Both the position numbers and the translations under genes were made by a program. From Alphaproteobacteria bacterium (lineage in GTDB: Bacteria > Pseudomonadota > Alphaproteobacteria > RF32 > CAG-239): a DNA stretch of 61,208 nt. Positions 19,472 through 29,370 of the stretch are shown in pieces (the first letter of the stretch is position 1; each line of letters begins with the position of its first letter). The stretch spans positions 1-61,208 of the forward strand of contig JAZQZB010000033.1 of assembly GCA_045633825.1 (NCBI GenBank). The letters run 5' to 3'. The notes beneath the pieces are model-generated. The model was given only the letters and a program-made list of their open reading frames with translations, had not been told where the DNA came from and ran no database searches.

Positions 19472-20530
19472 TTATCCTTTGTATAATGAGCTTTGTTTGT
19501 ATTTGGTAATTGCAAAGCGGGCTAAAACTCCGATTACTGCCGCTAACGGTACTGCTATCATTAAACCTAAAAATCCGAGTAATACACCGCCGGCAAGCAA
19601 TGCGAACATAACCCATACAGGATGAAGTCCGATTGAATCTCCAACTAATTTCGGCGTTAAGAAGTTGCCCTCTATGAATTGACCGATGGCAAAAACTCCG
19701 ACAACTTGAGCTATCGGAACCCAATCGGAAAATTGAGCGAAAGCTATGGTCATAGCGGTAATGAAACCGACAATGCTTCCAACGTAAGGAATAAATGATA
19801 TAATGCCGGCAATAAAACCGATTAACATACCTAAATCAAGGCCTATAAAAGAAAGTCCGATGCCGTAAAATGTTCCTAAAAGAACACAAACAGATAATTG
19901 ACCTCGGATAAAAGATGAAATGATTTTATCTATTTCTTTGGCTTGGGTGCGAATTTCTTTTTTGTAAGCTTTAGGAAGCAAACTGTCTACTTTTTTGGTA
20001 AAAGCATTCCAATCACGCAACATATAAAATGTAACGATAGGTGTAATCAAAATTAAAGATAATATGCTAAACAAGGCATAGCTTCCGGATATTACTTTTC
20101 GTAAAAGTGAGCCGATAACTTTTAGCGTGTTGGACATATTACCACGCAGATATTCGCGGAATTTTTCACGGTTGAGGTTAGGGAATCTGTCTTGTAAATT
20201 ATTGATAATCGGTTCCATTTTTTGTGAAAGTGATTCCATATATTTAGGAACGGCACTGATGAATAAAGCTAACTGTTCATCAATCATGGAAACAAGGGCA
20301 ATAATTGCCGGTATTAAAATAACGGCAACAAGTAATAAAACCAAACAGGTCGCTAATGTTCGATTTATTTTTAATTTTTCCAAACGTGTGGCTAAAGGGT
20401 CAAGTAAATAGCCTATGATGATGCCTACTACGAAAGGAAGTAGTACCGAACGTAAGACATATACTAATGACGCAAATATAACTAAAAGGGTAATCCAAAA
20501 AATCCAATTTTTGTTTTCGCTTTTTGTCAT
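19472..20530 (-). CDS. AI-2E family transporter (PerM-like permease)
   Basis: 352 aa, 7-8 TM. FIPYVG motif. Confidence 0.7.
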   Translation of the reverse strand: MTKSENKNWIFWITLLVIFASLVYVLRSVLLPFVVGIIIGYLLDPLATRLEKLKINRTLATCLVLLLVAVILIPAIIALVSMIDEQLALFISAVPKYMESLSQKMEPIINNLQDRFPNLNREKFREYLRGNMSNTLKVIGSLLRKVISGSYALFSILSLILITPIVTFYMLRDWNAFTKKVDSLLPKAYKKEIRTQAKEIDKIISSFIRGQLSVCVLLGTFYGIGLSFIGLDLGMLIGFIAGIISFIPYVGSIVGFITAMTIAFAQFSDWVPIAQVVGVFAIGQFIEGNFLTPKLVGDSIGLHPVWVMFALLAGGVLLGFLGLMIAVPLAAVIGVLARFAITKYKQSSLYKG

Positions 20531-20535
20531 AAATA

Positions 20536-21591
20536 TTATTCTCCTATATCGCTCATAATTATGTGAGTTTCATTATTTTTTATATCATAACCTAAATTTT
20601 TCAGTTGAGATTGAAGCGAATTTAAATCTCCGGTGTAGGTGATTTTAAATTGTGCTTTTCCCGGAGTCATGGCTTGAACATGAATATTGGTTATTTCGTT
20701 AATATTTTTAAGCTTTTGTTCTGCCGAAATCCAATATTTTAATGTCGGAAAATGGTATAAAACAGTAGCTTCATTTTGTGTAACTTGATTTTCATCTTTG
20801 TTTGAAAGTATTTCATGTTCAATTTGAGATTTTGTTTGTAAAACTGCTTGATTAAACAGCTCAATTCCGGAAGATTTGGCACCTTGTATATCAAGCTCGA
20901 ATTTATTTCCCAGTAATGATTTTCCGATAATTTTTAATCCTTCAACGCCATTGTATGATGCATTGAGCACATATATATTGTTGGTTTTAGCTTTAGAGGC
21001 AATGTTTTCGATGGCGATATAGTCAAAATCAGATGCTTGTTTGGCGTCTATCATTGATTGATATATCGGATTGTCAGATATGGATAAAAATTTTATTGCT
21101 GAAGAATTTGAAGAATTGTCCCAAGCTTGTTTCCATATATTTTCAGTTTCCCATAAAATAGGGGCATCATCAGTAAATTCTTTGAAAACAGGTATTATCA
21201 ATACGGTTGTTGATTTTGATGAAATTACGGGAATTTCACGTTCTTTCATATATTCTTTTAATAATTCTTCGTTTATGACGATTTTTAAATCGGCCATATA
21301 GCGAATGTCAGAATTTTTTTCACTGATTACAGATGTTTCTTTAACAAAGTTTATAATTTGAGCATCGGTCATGTCGGCGATTTTTTTGGCACCGTCGGAA
21401 GTTGACATGCGTTTGGCGATTGCATTTACGGCAGCACGTGTGGCAGAGTTAAGTGCTTTTTCACGAGCAATAGATGCATTTTCGTCGGAAACATCGACTT
21501 TTATTTCAACCGTATATTTTTCATCTTTGGCAAAAGCGGCAGACGCCAAAATTATGTTTGCACAAACGATGAATGTTAAAAGTTTAGACAA
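20536..21591 (-). CDS. Secreted hypothetical protein (possibly DUF2066-like)
   Basis: TTG start with SD ggag. Signal peptide. Sits next to an AI-2E permease, as DUF2066 genes often do. Family call is weak. Confidence 0.35.
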   Translation of the reverse strand: MSKLLTFIVCANIILASAAFAKDEKYTVEIKVDVSDENASIAREKALNSATRAAVNAIAKRMSTSDGAKKIADMTDAQIINFVKETSVISEKNSDIRYMADLKIVINEELLKEYMKEREIPVISSKSTTVLIIPVFKEFTDDAPILWETENIWKQAWDNSSNSSAIKFLSISDNPIYQSMIDAKQASDFDYIAIENIASKAKTNNIYVLNASYNGVEGLKIIGKSLLGNKFELDIQGAKSSGIELFNQAVLQTKSQIEHEILSNKDENQVTQNEATVLYHFPTLKYWISAEQKLKNINEITNIHVQAMTPGKAQFKITYTGDLNSLQSQLKNLGYDIKNNETHIIMSDIGE

Positions 21592-21608
21592 TTTTTATTA
21601 CTCCGAGA

Positions 21609-22022
21609 TTAGAAAATTTCAATATTAGAGAAGAAAAAGTTTATTTCTCTTTGAGCAGCTTCCGGAGAATCAGAACCGTGAACAGAGTTTTTGTCAATGG
21701 ATAAAGCAAAAGTTTTTCGAATTGTTCCTTCATCCGCAACTGCCGGATTGGTTGCTCCCATTATTTTGCGATAATTAACTATCGCATTTTCTCCTTCAAG
21801 AACTTGTACAACAACCGGAGCAGAGCTCATGAATTCGACTAAATTATCATAAAAAGGACGATCTTTGTGTTGTTCATAAAATTCGGCAGCATGAGCTTTT
21901 GACAGATGTATCATTTTTTGAGCAACAATTTTTAAACCGGAATCTTCAATTATCGTATTGATTTTTCCTGTAATATTTCTTGTTGTAGCGTCAGGTTTGA
22001 TTATTGATAATGTACGTTCCAT
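21609..22022 (-). CDS. ndk: Nucleoside diphosphate kinase
   Basis: 137 aa. [17 protein letters not shown] active site. Confidence 0.95.
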   Translation of the reverse strand: MERTLSIIKPDATTRNITGKINTIIEDSGLKIVAQKMIHLSKAHAAEFYEQHKDRPFYDNLVEFMSSAPVVVQVLEGENAIVNYRKIMGATNPAVADEGTIRKTFALSIDKNSVHGSDSPEAAQREINFFFSNIEIF

Positions 22023-22179
22023 GAAACAATACTCCCATTAAATTTATGACGATTTTTATGTAGGATATAATACTTTGTACAAATAATCAAAAGATATTTT
22101 GACTTTTGTATAATAAAGTTGTTTATTATAGCTAATATTGTGGCTGATTTATTTTTTATATGATTGGAGAGGAACGTAT

Positions 22180-23172
22180 ATGAGTAAGTTTGTTGATGAA
22201 ATTATTGCTAAAGCAAAAGAAGGATATAAAACAATTGTTTTACCGGAAGGCGAAGATGACAGAGTGATTGAGGCTTCTGTTTTTATAATGAAAGAAAAAA
22301 TTGCTAAAGTTATTTTGTTGGGTAATGTCGAAGCTATTAAGTCAAAATTTGAAGCAAAAGGATTGGATTTTAATGCCGTAGAATGTATTGATCCTAAAAC
22401 ATCTGATAATTTGCAAAAATATGCTGATTTGTTTTATGAATTGCGTAAAGAAAAAGGTGTTACTCCGGAAGCAGCTTTAGAAACAGCTCAAAAAGCCAAT
22501 TATTTCGGTACTTTGATGATGAAAGCCGGAGATGCCGACGGTATGGTTTCCGGTGCAGTTAATTCAACAGCTGATACAGTTCGTCCGGCTTTGCAAATTA
22601 TTAAATCTTCGCGTAAAGATATGGGGGTTTCATCATTTTTCTTTATGAATAAAGATGATAAGACTTATATCTTTTCAGATTGTGCCATTACACCGAATCC
22701 GAATGCTCAAGAGTTGGCTAATATTGCTATTCAGGCTTCGGAAACTGCTGTTAAATTCGGTATTGAACCAAAAGTTGCCATGTTGTCTTATTCTTCATAC
22801 GGTTCGGCCAAAGGTGATATGCCGGAAAAAGTTCAAGAGGCAACAAAAATAGCTAAAGAAATGGCTGATGGAGAATTTAAACATTTGGGAGCAATTATTG
22901 ACGGTGAGTTGCAGGTTGATGCTGCTTTGGTTGAAAAAGTAGCTCTTTTGAAAGCTCCTCAAAGTACGTTAAAAGGACAAGCAAAAGTTTTGGTATTTCC
23001 TGATCTTAATGCAGGTAATATTTCTTATAAATTAGTTCAACGTCTTGGCGGTTATGATGCTTTCGGACCTGTTTTACAAGGATTGAAGGCTCCGATTAAT
23101 GATCTTTCAAGAGGTTGTAGCGCTGAAGATATTGTATTTACTGTTGCTTTGACAGCGGTACAATCAATGTAA
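22180..23172 (+). CDS. pta: Phosphate acetyltransferase (short form)
   Basis: About 330 aa. SD ggagagg precedes the ATG at 22180. PTA_PTB-type sequence. Followed by ackA. Confidence 0.85.
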   Translation: MSKFVDEIIAKAKEGYKTIVLPEGEDDRVIEASVFIMKEKIAKVILLGNVEAIKSKFEAKGLDFNAVECIDPKTSDNLQKYADLFYELRKEKGVTPEAALETAQKANYFGTLMMKAGDADGMVSGAVNSTADTVRPALQIIKSSRKDMGVSSFFFMNKDDKTYIFSDCAITPNPNAQELANIAIQASETAVKFGIEPKVAMLSYSSYGSAKGDMPEKVQEATKIAKEMADGEFKHLGAIIDGELQVDAALVEKVALLKAPQSTLKGQAKVLVFPDLNAGNISYKLVQRLGGYDAFGPVLQGLKAPINDLSRGCSAEDIVFTVALTAVQSM

Positions 23173-23204
23173 GTTTTTTATTTTAATAATAAGGACAGAG
23201 TAAT

Positions 23205-24386
23205 ATGAAAAAAATTTTGGTATTAAATTCAGGATCATCTTCATTAAAATATCAATTATTTAATGTTGAAGGTGATAAATATGAAGTTGTGGCTAAAGGC
23301 TTGGCTGAAAGAATCGGTATTGACGGTTCAAAAGTAAGCATTAAATATGCTGACGGTACAAAAAAAGAAGTTGCTAATCCGCTTCCGACTCACAATGAAG
23401 CTTTGCAAGAAGTGTTTAATTTGCTGTTAAGTGGTGCATTGACTGATTTGAATGAAATTACAGCAGTAGGACATCGCGTGGTTCATGGTGGCGAAATTTA
23501 TGCTAATTCAGTCGTGATTGATGAAAAAGTTATTCAAACTTTGATCGATTTGTCATCTTTGGCACCGCTTCATAATCCGGCAGGCGTTTTGGGTATCAGA
23601 GCTGTACAAAAAGCTTTGCCGAATGTGCCGCAAGTTGCTGTGTTTGATACGGCTTTTCACCAAACAATGCCTAAAGAAGCATTTCTTTACGGTCTTCCGT
23701 TGGAACAATATACCAAACATCAAATCAGACGCTATGGTATGCACGGAACTTCTCACAGATATATTGCTCAAGAAGTTGCTAAAATCTTGGGAGAAGGTAA
23801 AAAAGTTGTTGTTTGTCACCTTGGTAACGGTGCTTCATTGTCGGCAATTAAAAATGGTAAATGTATAGATACTTCTATGGGATTTACTCCTTTGGCCGGT
23901 ATCATTATGGGTACTCGTTCCGGCGATATTGATCCGTATATTCCGCTTCATATCATGAAAGAGCAAGGTTTGAGCATTGATGAAGCTAACAACCTTTTGA
24001 ATAAACAAAGCGGTATGCTCGGTTTGACCGGTTTTTCCGATATGCGTGATGTTGAAGCAGCATATTTGAAAGGCGAAGAAAAGGCAGTTATCGGTTTGAA
24101 AACTTATGTTTATACTATCGTGAAATTTATCGGTTCTTATATTGCTGCTTTGGGTGGTATTGATGCTATTGTCTTTACTGCCGGTATCGGTGAAAATTCT
24201 CCGATTATCAGAAAACTTATTTTGGAAAGATTAAGCTATTTAGGAATTTCGGTTAATGAAGAAGCTAATAATCGTAGAGGAAATATTGAAGAAATTTCAA
24301 CTTCCGACTCTAAAGTTAAAGCATTTGTTATTCCGACAGATGAAGAATTGATGATTGCACAGGATACGGTTAATCTTACAAAATAG
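23205..24386 (+). CDS. ackA: Acetate kinase
   Basis: 393 aa. ILVLNSGSSSLKY, HRVVHGG, GIGENS. Confidence 0.95.
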   Translation: MKKILVLNSGSSSLKYQLFNVEGDKYEVVAKGLAERIGIDGSKVSIKYADGTKKEVANPLPTHNEALQEVFNLLLSGALTDLNEITAVGHRVVHGGEIYANSVVIDEKVIQTLIDLSSLAPLHNPAGVLGIRAVQKALPNVPQVAVFDTAFHQTMPKEAFLYGLPLEQYTKHQIRRYGMHGTSHRYIAQEVAKILGEGKKVVVCHLGNGASLSAIKNGKCIDTSMGFTPLAGIIMGTRSGDIDPYIPLHIMKEQGLSIDEANNLLNKQSGMLGLTGFSDMRDVEAAYLKGEEKAVIGLKTYVYTIVKFIGSYIAALGGIDAIVFTAGIGENSPIIRKLILERLSYLGISVNEEANNRRGNIEEISTSDSKVKAFVIPTDEELMIAQDTVNLTK

Positions 24387-24511
24387 AAAAACTTATCTAA
24401 TGGTCTACTAATACAGAATTAGCAAATATTTTGTTCGGTCACGTACTTTTTTGTACGCTCACTCACAAAATTTTTTAATTCTTATTATTAGACTCATTAT
24501 CTAAGTTTTTT
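24387..24511. repeat. Palindromic nested-hairpin element, copy A1
   Basis: About 35-nt imperfect inverted arms aaaaacttatctaatggtctactaat... / ...attagactcattatctaagttttt. Central cacgtac tttttt gtacg hairpin. Confidence 0.7.
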
Positions 24512-24514
24512 GGG

Positions 24515-24642
24515 AAAAACTCGTATAAAAGTTTTCTAGAGCCATTTTCTGCGGGCGAGAAAAATTCATGTAGGTTTATCTACGACTCAAAATTTTTCTC
24601 GCCTTGAAATTAACTCTATAAATTCTTTTATCCGAGTTTTTT
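24515..24642. repeat. Palindromic nested-hairpin element, copy A2 (near-identical to 35104-35231)
   Basis: About 50-nt arms aaaaactcgtataaaagttttctagagcc...gcgggcgagaaaaatt / aatttttctcgcc...ctctataaattcttttatccgagttttt. Confidence 0.8.
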
Positions 24643-24664
24643 AGGGATAAATGGTTGTATAAAG

Positions 24665-24699
24665 CTAAAAAAAGCCTCGATTTTTTGTCGAGGCTTTTG
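24665..24699. terminator. Bidirectional intrinsic terminator
   Basis: aaaaaaagcctcga ttttttg tcgaggctttt. Confidence 0.7.
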
Positions 24700-24715
24700 T
24701 GGTTAAAAATAGGTT

Positions 24716-25309
24716 TTATTGGTTAACGATTGCGTTAGGGCCTTTGGGAATAACCGGACCGTTAGCATTGCCGATGACTCTGGGGCTTTTGGGAATAACC
24801 GGACCACCCGTTTTACCTAAAGCCGGAGTTGCAGGGGTATCTTTAATTGTAAGCAAGTTGTCGAAAGATTTGTGATTTACGAGATCTCCTACTTTAATAT
24901 TGTGACGAGATACTTGACCTCCGTTAAGTTCTATTACCGCACGAACAGGTTCTTTGCATGAAATACGATCTGTAGACATGGGTACGGCTTTTTCTTTAAT
25001 TTTTATAATTTTCCCGTTACCGGCAACAAATATCATATCTAAAGAAAGTTTGGTGTTTTTCATCCACATTTGAACCGGACGGATCGGATCAAATATAAAA
25101 ATCATGCCATTGTTGTTTGACATTTCAGTTCGATGCATTAAACCTTTTTGTAATTCGGCAGGGGTTTGAGCAACTTCAACATTGAAACGAACATCTCCGT
25201 TTGATTTTGTTTTAATTGTAAGCGGTGTGGTAGGTCTTTGTTCTTGAGGTTCACTACCACAAGCAAATAAAAATAGTGAGGCCAATAAAATGTATGATAA
25301 TTTTTGCAT
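24716..25309 (-). CDS. DUF192 family lipoprotein with a short Pro-rich C-terminal repeat
   Basis: Lipobox LFACG. MWMKNT..SLDMIF and ELNGG blocks typical of DUF192 (COG1430). C-terminal GPVIPK(S/G)P repeated twice. Confidence 0.6.
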   Translation of the reverse strand: MQKLSYILLASLFLFACGSEPQEQRPTTPLTIKTKSNGDVRFNVEVAQTPAELQKGLMHRTEMSNNNGMIFIFDPIRPVQMWMKNTKLSLDMIFVAGNGKIIKIKEKAVPMSTDRISCKEPVRAVIELNGGQVSRHNIKVGDLVNHKSFDNLLTIKDTPATPALGKTGGPVIPKSPRVIGNANGPVIPKGPNAIVNQ

Positions 25310-25334
25310 GAACAGTAATTCTCCTTAATTAAGT

Positions 25335-25856
25335 TTATTTTTTTAATTTTCGAGGATGCCAGGCAGATACTTTGACAATTCCGTTTTGTGAAATCATTAT
25401 TTTAGATTTGTTTTCGGTTTTGTTTTTAGAAGTTGCCGGTAAAAAAGAATCGATAAAATTGAGCGGATTTATAATTATATCGTCTTTGTTATCATTTAAA
25501 TTTTTAAAACATTTTAAAGAATGTATAAAATTTTTTAATTCGTCTTCATCTTGAGATGAGTATTTTTGCCATATTAATTCAAGAAATTCGGAAGTTTGAA
25601 TGTCAAAATCAGGTGTTGCCATTAGAGGAAAACCATAATACATGATTGTTTTTATCGTAGGATCATATATTTCTGATTTTGAATAAACAAAAAGAGAGGG
25701 CATTAAAAGTTTTTTATATTTCATTGCATAGTGCATTTGTGTCAAAAATAATAAGTATTGTATTTTTTGTTCACTTATTTTTTTGTTTTTAGAGGTTTCT
25801 TTGTTATAAAACCAATATGCAATGTTTATATTCGAATTATTTTTTTTGTAAGTCAT
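25335..25856 (-). CDS. Hypothetical protein with a degenerate Panacea/DUF4065 (SocA-like)-type N-terminal region
   Basis: INIAYWFYNK...ISEQKIQYLLFLTQMHYAMKYKKLLMPSLFVYSKSEIYDPTI. This parallels DIANYFL...KLQKLLYYAQ....G.PLF...F.AW..GPV...VY. Confidence 0.35.
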   Translation of the reverse strand: MTYKKNNSNINIAYWFYNKETSKNKKISEQKIQYLLFLTQMHYAMKYKKLLMPSLFVYSKSEIYDPTIKTIMYYGFPLMATPDFDIQTSEFLELIWQKYSSQDEDELKNFIHSLKCFKNLNDNKDDIIINPLNFIDSFLPATSKNKTENKSKIMISQNGIVKVSAWHPRKLKK

Positions 25857-26046
25857 TCATTTTTTCCGAAATTTAAATAATCTGTATATATACTATAATA
25901 TATTGTTTTATAATTACAAACAAATATTAAAAGATAATCACTTTATTTAATTATTTGCTAAAAAGTAAGTTTTTGTACTTGTGAAAATTTAATAAGTGTT
26001 TTATCTTTCCATAAGGAATTATTTTTATTTAGTGGGATTTAGTAAA

Positions 26047-26844
26047 ATGATAACAGAAAAAACTTTTGGACTGTCTTTGAAAATTGTTGCCGGTGTTTTA
26101 TTTTTGAGCGGTTGTGCCAGTTCGATATTTCCTGATTTTGCCGATGATACTCAAGTTATGATTGATGATGGCGGAAAAGTTGAGGTAAGAAAAATTAAAA
26201 GTACCGGTATATTGGTTGCAGATAAGGAAAATGCCGCTTATGAAGATGAAGTCTCCGATGAAAATGTTTTTGTTCAAAAACAAGAAGTCGAAGAGAAAGT
26301 CATGGCTGCAAAAACAGTTAAGGTTGAAACTGAAAAACTTAATCCCGTAGAAGATAAATCGGTTGTTGTTGAAAATAAAGTTGAAAAAGTTGCTGAAGTT
26401 AAATCTGAAGTAAAAGAAAATAAAGACGTTGTTGCGGCAGCAGAAGAAGATAAGACTTTAAATAAAGTTGAAGACAATATGCCGACAATGTATTATTTGG
26501 CAGAAACAATTTATTTTGATAATGGTAGCAGTGTTGTCGATTATAAATTTTATGATGAGTTGAAAGCTGTGGCAAAGGTTGCCAAAAAGAATAATGCCGT
26601 TGTAAGTGTTTTCGGATATGCTTCTTCAAGAACACGTAATACGGATCCGGCAAGTCATAAACTTGCAAACTTTAAGATTTCTGCCGAGAGAGCTAATAGT
26701 GTCGTGAAGGTATTGAAGAAGCAAGGGGTAAAATCAGACAGAATAATTTCTCAAGCTTTATCTGATAGTGCTCCGGTATATCAGGAAGTTATGCCTGAAG
26801 GTGAGCGTCTAAATCGTCGAGTCGAGATTTATTTGACATATTAA
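26047..26844 (+). CDS. OmpA-family (peptidoglycan-associated) lipoprotein with a charged K/E/V-rich linker
   Basis: Lipobox FLSGC. C-terminal OmpA-like domain ending NRRVEIYL. Confidence 0.75.
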   Translation: MITEKTFGLSLKIVAGVLFLSGCASSIFPDFADDTQVMIDDGGKVEVRKIKSTGILVADKENAAYEDEVSDENVFVQKQEVEEKVMAAKTVKVETEKLNPVEDKSVVVENKVEKVAEVKSEVKENKDVVAAAEEDKTLNKVEDNMPTMYYLAETIYFDNGSSVVDYKFYDELKAVAKVAKKNNAVVSVFGYASSRTRNTDPASHKLANFKISAERANSVVKVLKKQGVKSDRIISQALSDSAPVYQEVMPEGERLNRRVEIYLTY

Positions 26845-26845
26845 A

Positions 26846-28612
26846 ATGAAAAAAAATTTAGAAAAAAATGTATCTTTGGGCGGTAATTTGTGGCAAATTG
26901 CCGAGGTCGAAGAGCGTCTTGTCGAGCTTATAGTTCAACGATATAATATTCCGTATATTATAGCAAAAATTATTGCTTTGCGTGGAGTGTCGATTGAGGA
27001 AATCGAAACTTTTTTATCTCCGAAAATAAATAATTTAATGCCTGATCCTTATGTGTTGAAAGATATGCAAAAAGCTGCTGTAAGGATTGCCAGAGCTATT
27101 ATTGATAAACAAAAAATAGCAATAATCGGTGATTATGATGTTGATGGAGCAACTTCTACTTCGGTAATGAAGTTGTTTTTGCGTAGTGTCGGTGCAGAGC
27201 CTGATGTTCATATTCCTGATCGAGATGAGGGGTATGGACCAAGTAAAAAGGCTGTTGATGATTTTGCCGGTTGTGATTTATTATTGACGTTGGATTGCGG
27301 AACAACAGCATTTGAACCTTTGGAATATGCTGCTCAAAAAGGTATGGATGTAATTGTTTTGGATCATCACGAAGCTGAAGTAAAATTACCGAAAATTTAT
27401 GCGGTTGTTAATCCTAAAAGACTAGATGAGAGTGATGACTATCCGTCATTAAAATATATGGCTGCCGTCGGGGTGGTTTTTATGGCAGTGGTGGCAGTAA
27501 ACAGATGTTTGAGAGAAGAGGGATTTTATAAAGGTGAGATAAAAGAGCCAGATTTAAAAAAATGGCTTGATTTGGTTGCTTTGGGAACTGTTTGTGATGT
27601 GGTGCCGTTACAGGGAATAAATCGTGCTTATGTGGCACAAGGCCTGAAAGTTATGGCACAACGAGGTAATATCGGTTTAACAGCTTTGATGGATAAAGCT
27701 AATTTATCTGAAGTGCCGACAGCTTTTCATTTGGGATATGTTTTAGGGCCGAGAATAAATGCTTGCGGTCGTGTCGGCGATGCTGATATGGGTAATCAGT
27801 TGTTGTGTTGTAATAGTGATTATCAAGCACAGCTTTTGGTCGATAAATTAAATGAATTTAATATATCAAGAAAAGATATAGAGAACCATGTTTTGTTGTC
27901 GGCAATAGAGCAGGTTGAAGGAACTCCGCAAGAGTATCCGATCGCTTTTGTATATGGTGATGATTGGCATCAGGGGGTTATCGGAATTGTGGCCGGAAGG
28001 TTAAAAGAACGTTATAATGTTCCGTCTTTTGTTATGTCGATAGAGGCTGATGAAGTTAAAGGTTCGGCTCGTTCCATTCCTCAAGTTGATTTGGGGGCTT
28101 TGATTATTGCCGCTAAAGAAAAAGGTATTTTGACTAAAGGCGGCGGGCATATCATGGCCGCGGGATTTTCGTTGGAAGAAGATAAAATAGATGAGTTTAA
28201 GAAATTTGTCGGCGAATATGTTATCAGTAGAATAGGCGGAGAAGCTGTAACACCGATTTTGGAAATAGATACGGTTTTGGATGTTGGTGGTGCAAATATT
28301 GATTTGGTTGATTATTTAGAAAAATTAGAACCATATGGTGCCGGAAATAATGAGCCGAAGTTGATGTTAAAAAAAGTAAATATTATTAAATCGGCTATGA
28401 TTTCTACAGGGCATGTAAAATGTATTTTGACATCTCAAAACGGCGGAAGTATAAAAGCTATTGCATTTAGGGTGGCTGATAATCAAATCGGAAATGCCAT
28501 GATTAATGCTAAAAAAGGGGATTATTTTGATATTGTAGGTGTTTTGCGACATGATAAATGGAACGGACGTAATGATGTTCAGTTTATAATAGAGGATATT
28601 AGAAAGGCTTGA
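26846..28612 (+). CDS. recJ: Single-stranded-DNA-specific exonuclease RecJ
   Basis: 588 aa. GDYDVDG, VLDHHE (DHH), GGGH (DHHA1). Confidence 0.95.
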   Translation: MKKNLEKNVSLGGNLWQIAEVEERLVELIVQRYNIPYIIAKIIALRGVSIEEIETFLSPKINNLMPDPYVLKDMQKAAVRIARAIIDKQKIAIIGDYDVDGATSTSVMKLFLRSVGAEPDVHIPDRDEGYGPSKKAVDDFAGCDLLLTLDCGTTAFEPLEYAAQKGMDVIVLDHHEAEVKLPKIYAVVNPKRLDESDDYPSLKYMAAVGVVFMAVVAVNRCLREEGFYKGEIKEPDLKKWLDLVALGTVCDVVPLQGINRAYVAQGLKVMAQRGNIGLTALMDKANLSEVPTAFHLGYVLGPRINACGRVGDADMGNQLLCCNSDYQAQLLVDKLNEFNISRKDIENHVLLSAIEQVEGTPQEYPIAFVYGDDWHQGVIGIVAGRLKERYNVPSFVMSIEADEVKGSARSIPQVDLGALIIAAKEKGILTKGGGHIMAAGFSLEEDKIDEFKKFVGEYVISRIGGEAVTPILEIDTVLDVGGANIDLVDYLEKLEPYGAGNNEPKLMLKKVNIIKSAMISTGHVKCILTSQNGGSIKAIAFRVADNQIGNAMINAKKGDYFDIVGVLRHDKWNGRNDVQFIIEDIRKA

Positions 28613-28613
28613 G

Positions 28614-29306
28614 ATGAATAAGAGAAAAGTAATAAAAAGGGCAAAAAAAATTGAAGCTATAAAGAAAAAAAGAATTGAAAATAAGGTCTTTATGAAATTG
28701 GGAGCAAAATTGAGAGCTTATTTGTTTACCGGTATTTTGGTGACCGCGCCGGTGGCAATTACTTTTTATTTAGCTTATAAGTTTATATTATGGGTTGATG
28801 TTTTTGTTACTAAAATTATTCCTCCTCAATATAATTTTGTGAACTATATGCCAATGACAATACCCGGTTTCGGCTTGTTGATTTTAATCGGATTTTTGAT
28901 GTTGGTAGGTATGTTCGCAGCCGGATTTTTAGGAAGATTTTTTATTCGTTTGGGCGAGTGGTTTGTGGCAAAAATGCCATTGATATCATCAATATATTCC
29001 TTGTTAAAACAAATATTTGAAACTGTATTTTCAAGTAAAACTCAAGCATTTAAAAAAGTTGTAATGTTGGAATATCCGAGAAAGGGTATCTGGATTTTGG
29101 GACTTGTGAGTGCTGATTTGCAGGGTGAAATTGAAGAAAAATTGCCTGATGAAATGATAAATGTTTTTATTCCGACTACTCCGAACCCGACATCAGGATT
29201 TTTGATTTTTGTACCGAAAAAAGATGTTATCGAAATGGATATGACGGTTGAAGAAGCAATTAAATTTATTATTTCGGGCGGATTGGTGGAACCAAAGGAT
29301 GAGTAG
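28614..29306 (+). CDS. DUF502 family membrane protein
   Basis: 230 aa. IPTTPNPTSGFL signature. Confidence 0.75.
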   Translation: MNKRKVIKRAKKIEAIKKKRIENKVFMKLGAKLRAYLFTGILVTAPVAITFYLAYKFILWVDVFVTKIIPPQYNFVNYMPMTIPGFGLLILIGFLMLVGMFAAGFLGRFFIRLGEWFVAKMPLISSIYSLLKQIFETVFSSKTQAFKKVVMLEYPRKGIWILGLVSADLQGEIEEKLPDEMINVFIPTTPNPTSGFLIFVPKKDVIEMDMTVEEAIKFIISGGLVEPKDE

Positions 29307-29370
29307 ATACTTTTTTAATAATTGTGTGATATATAAAACGAATAGGTATTAAAATAAAAAGGATAAAATT

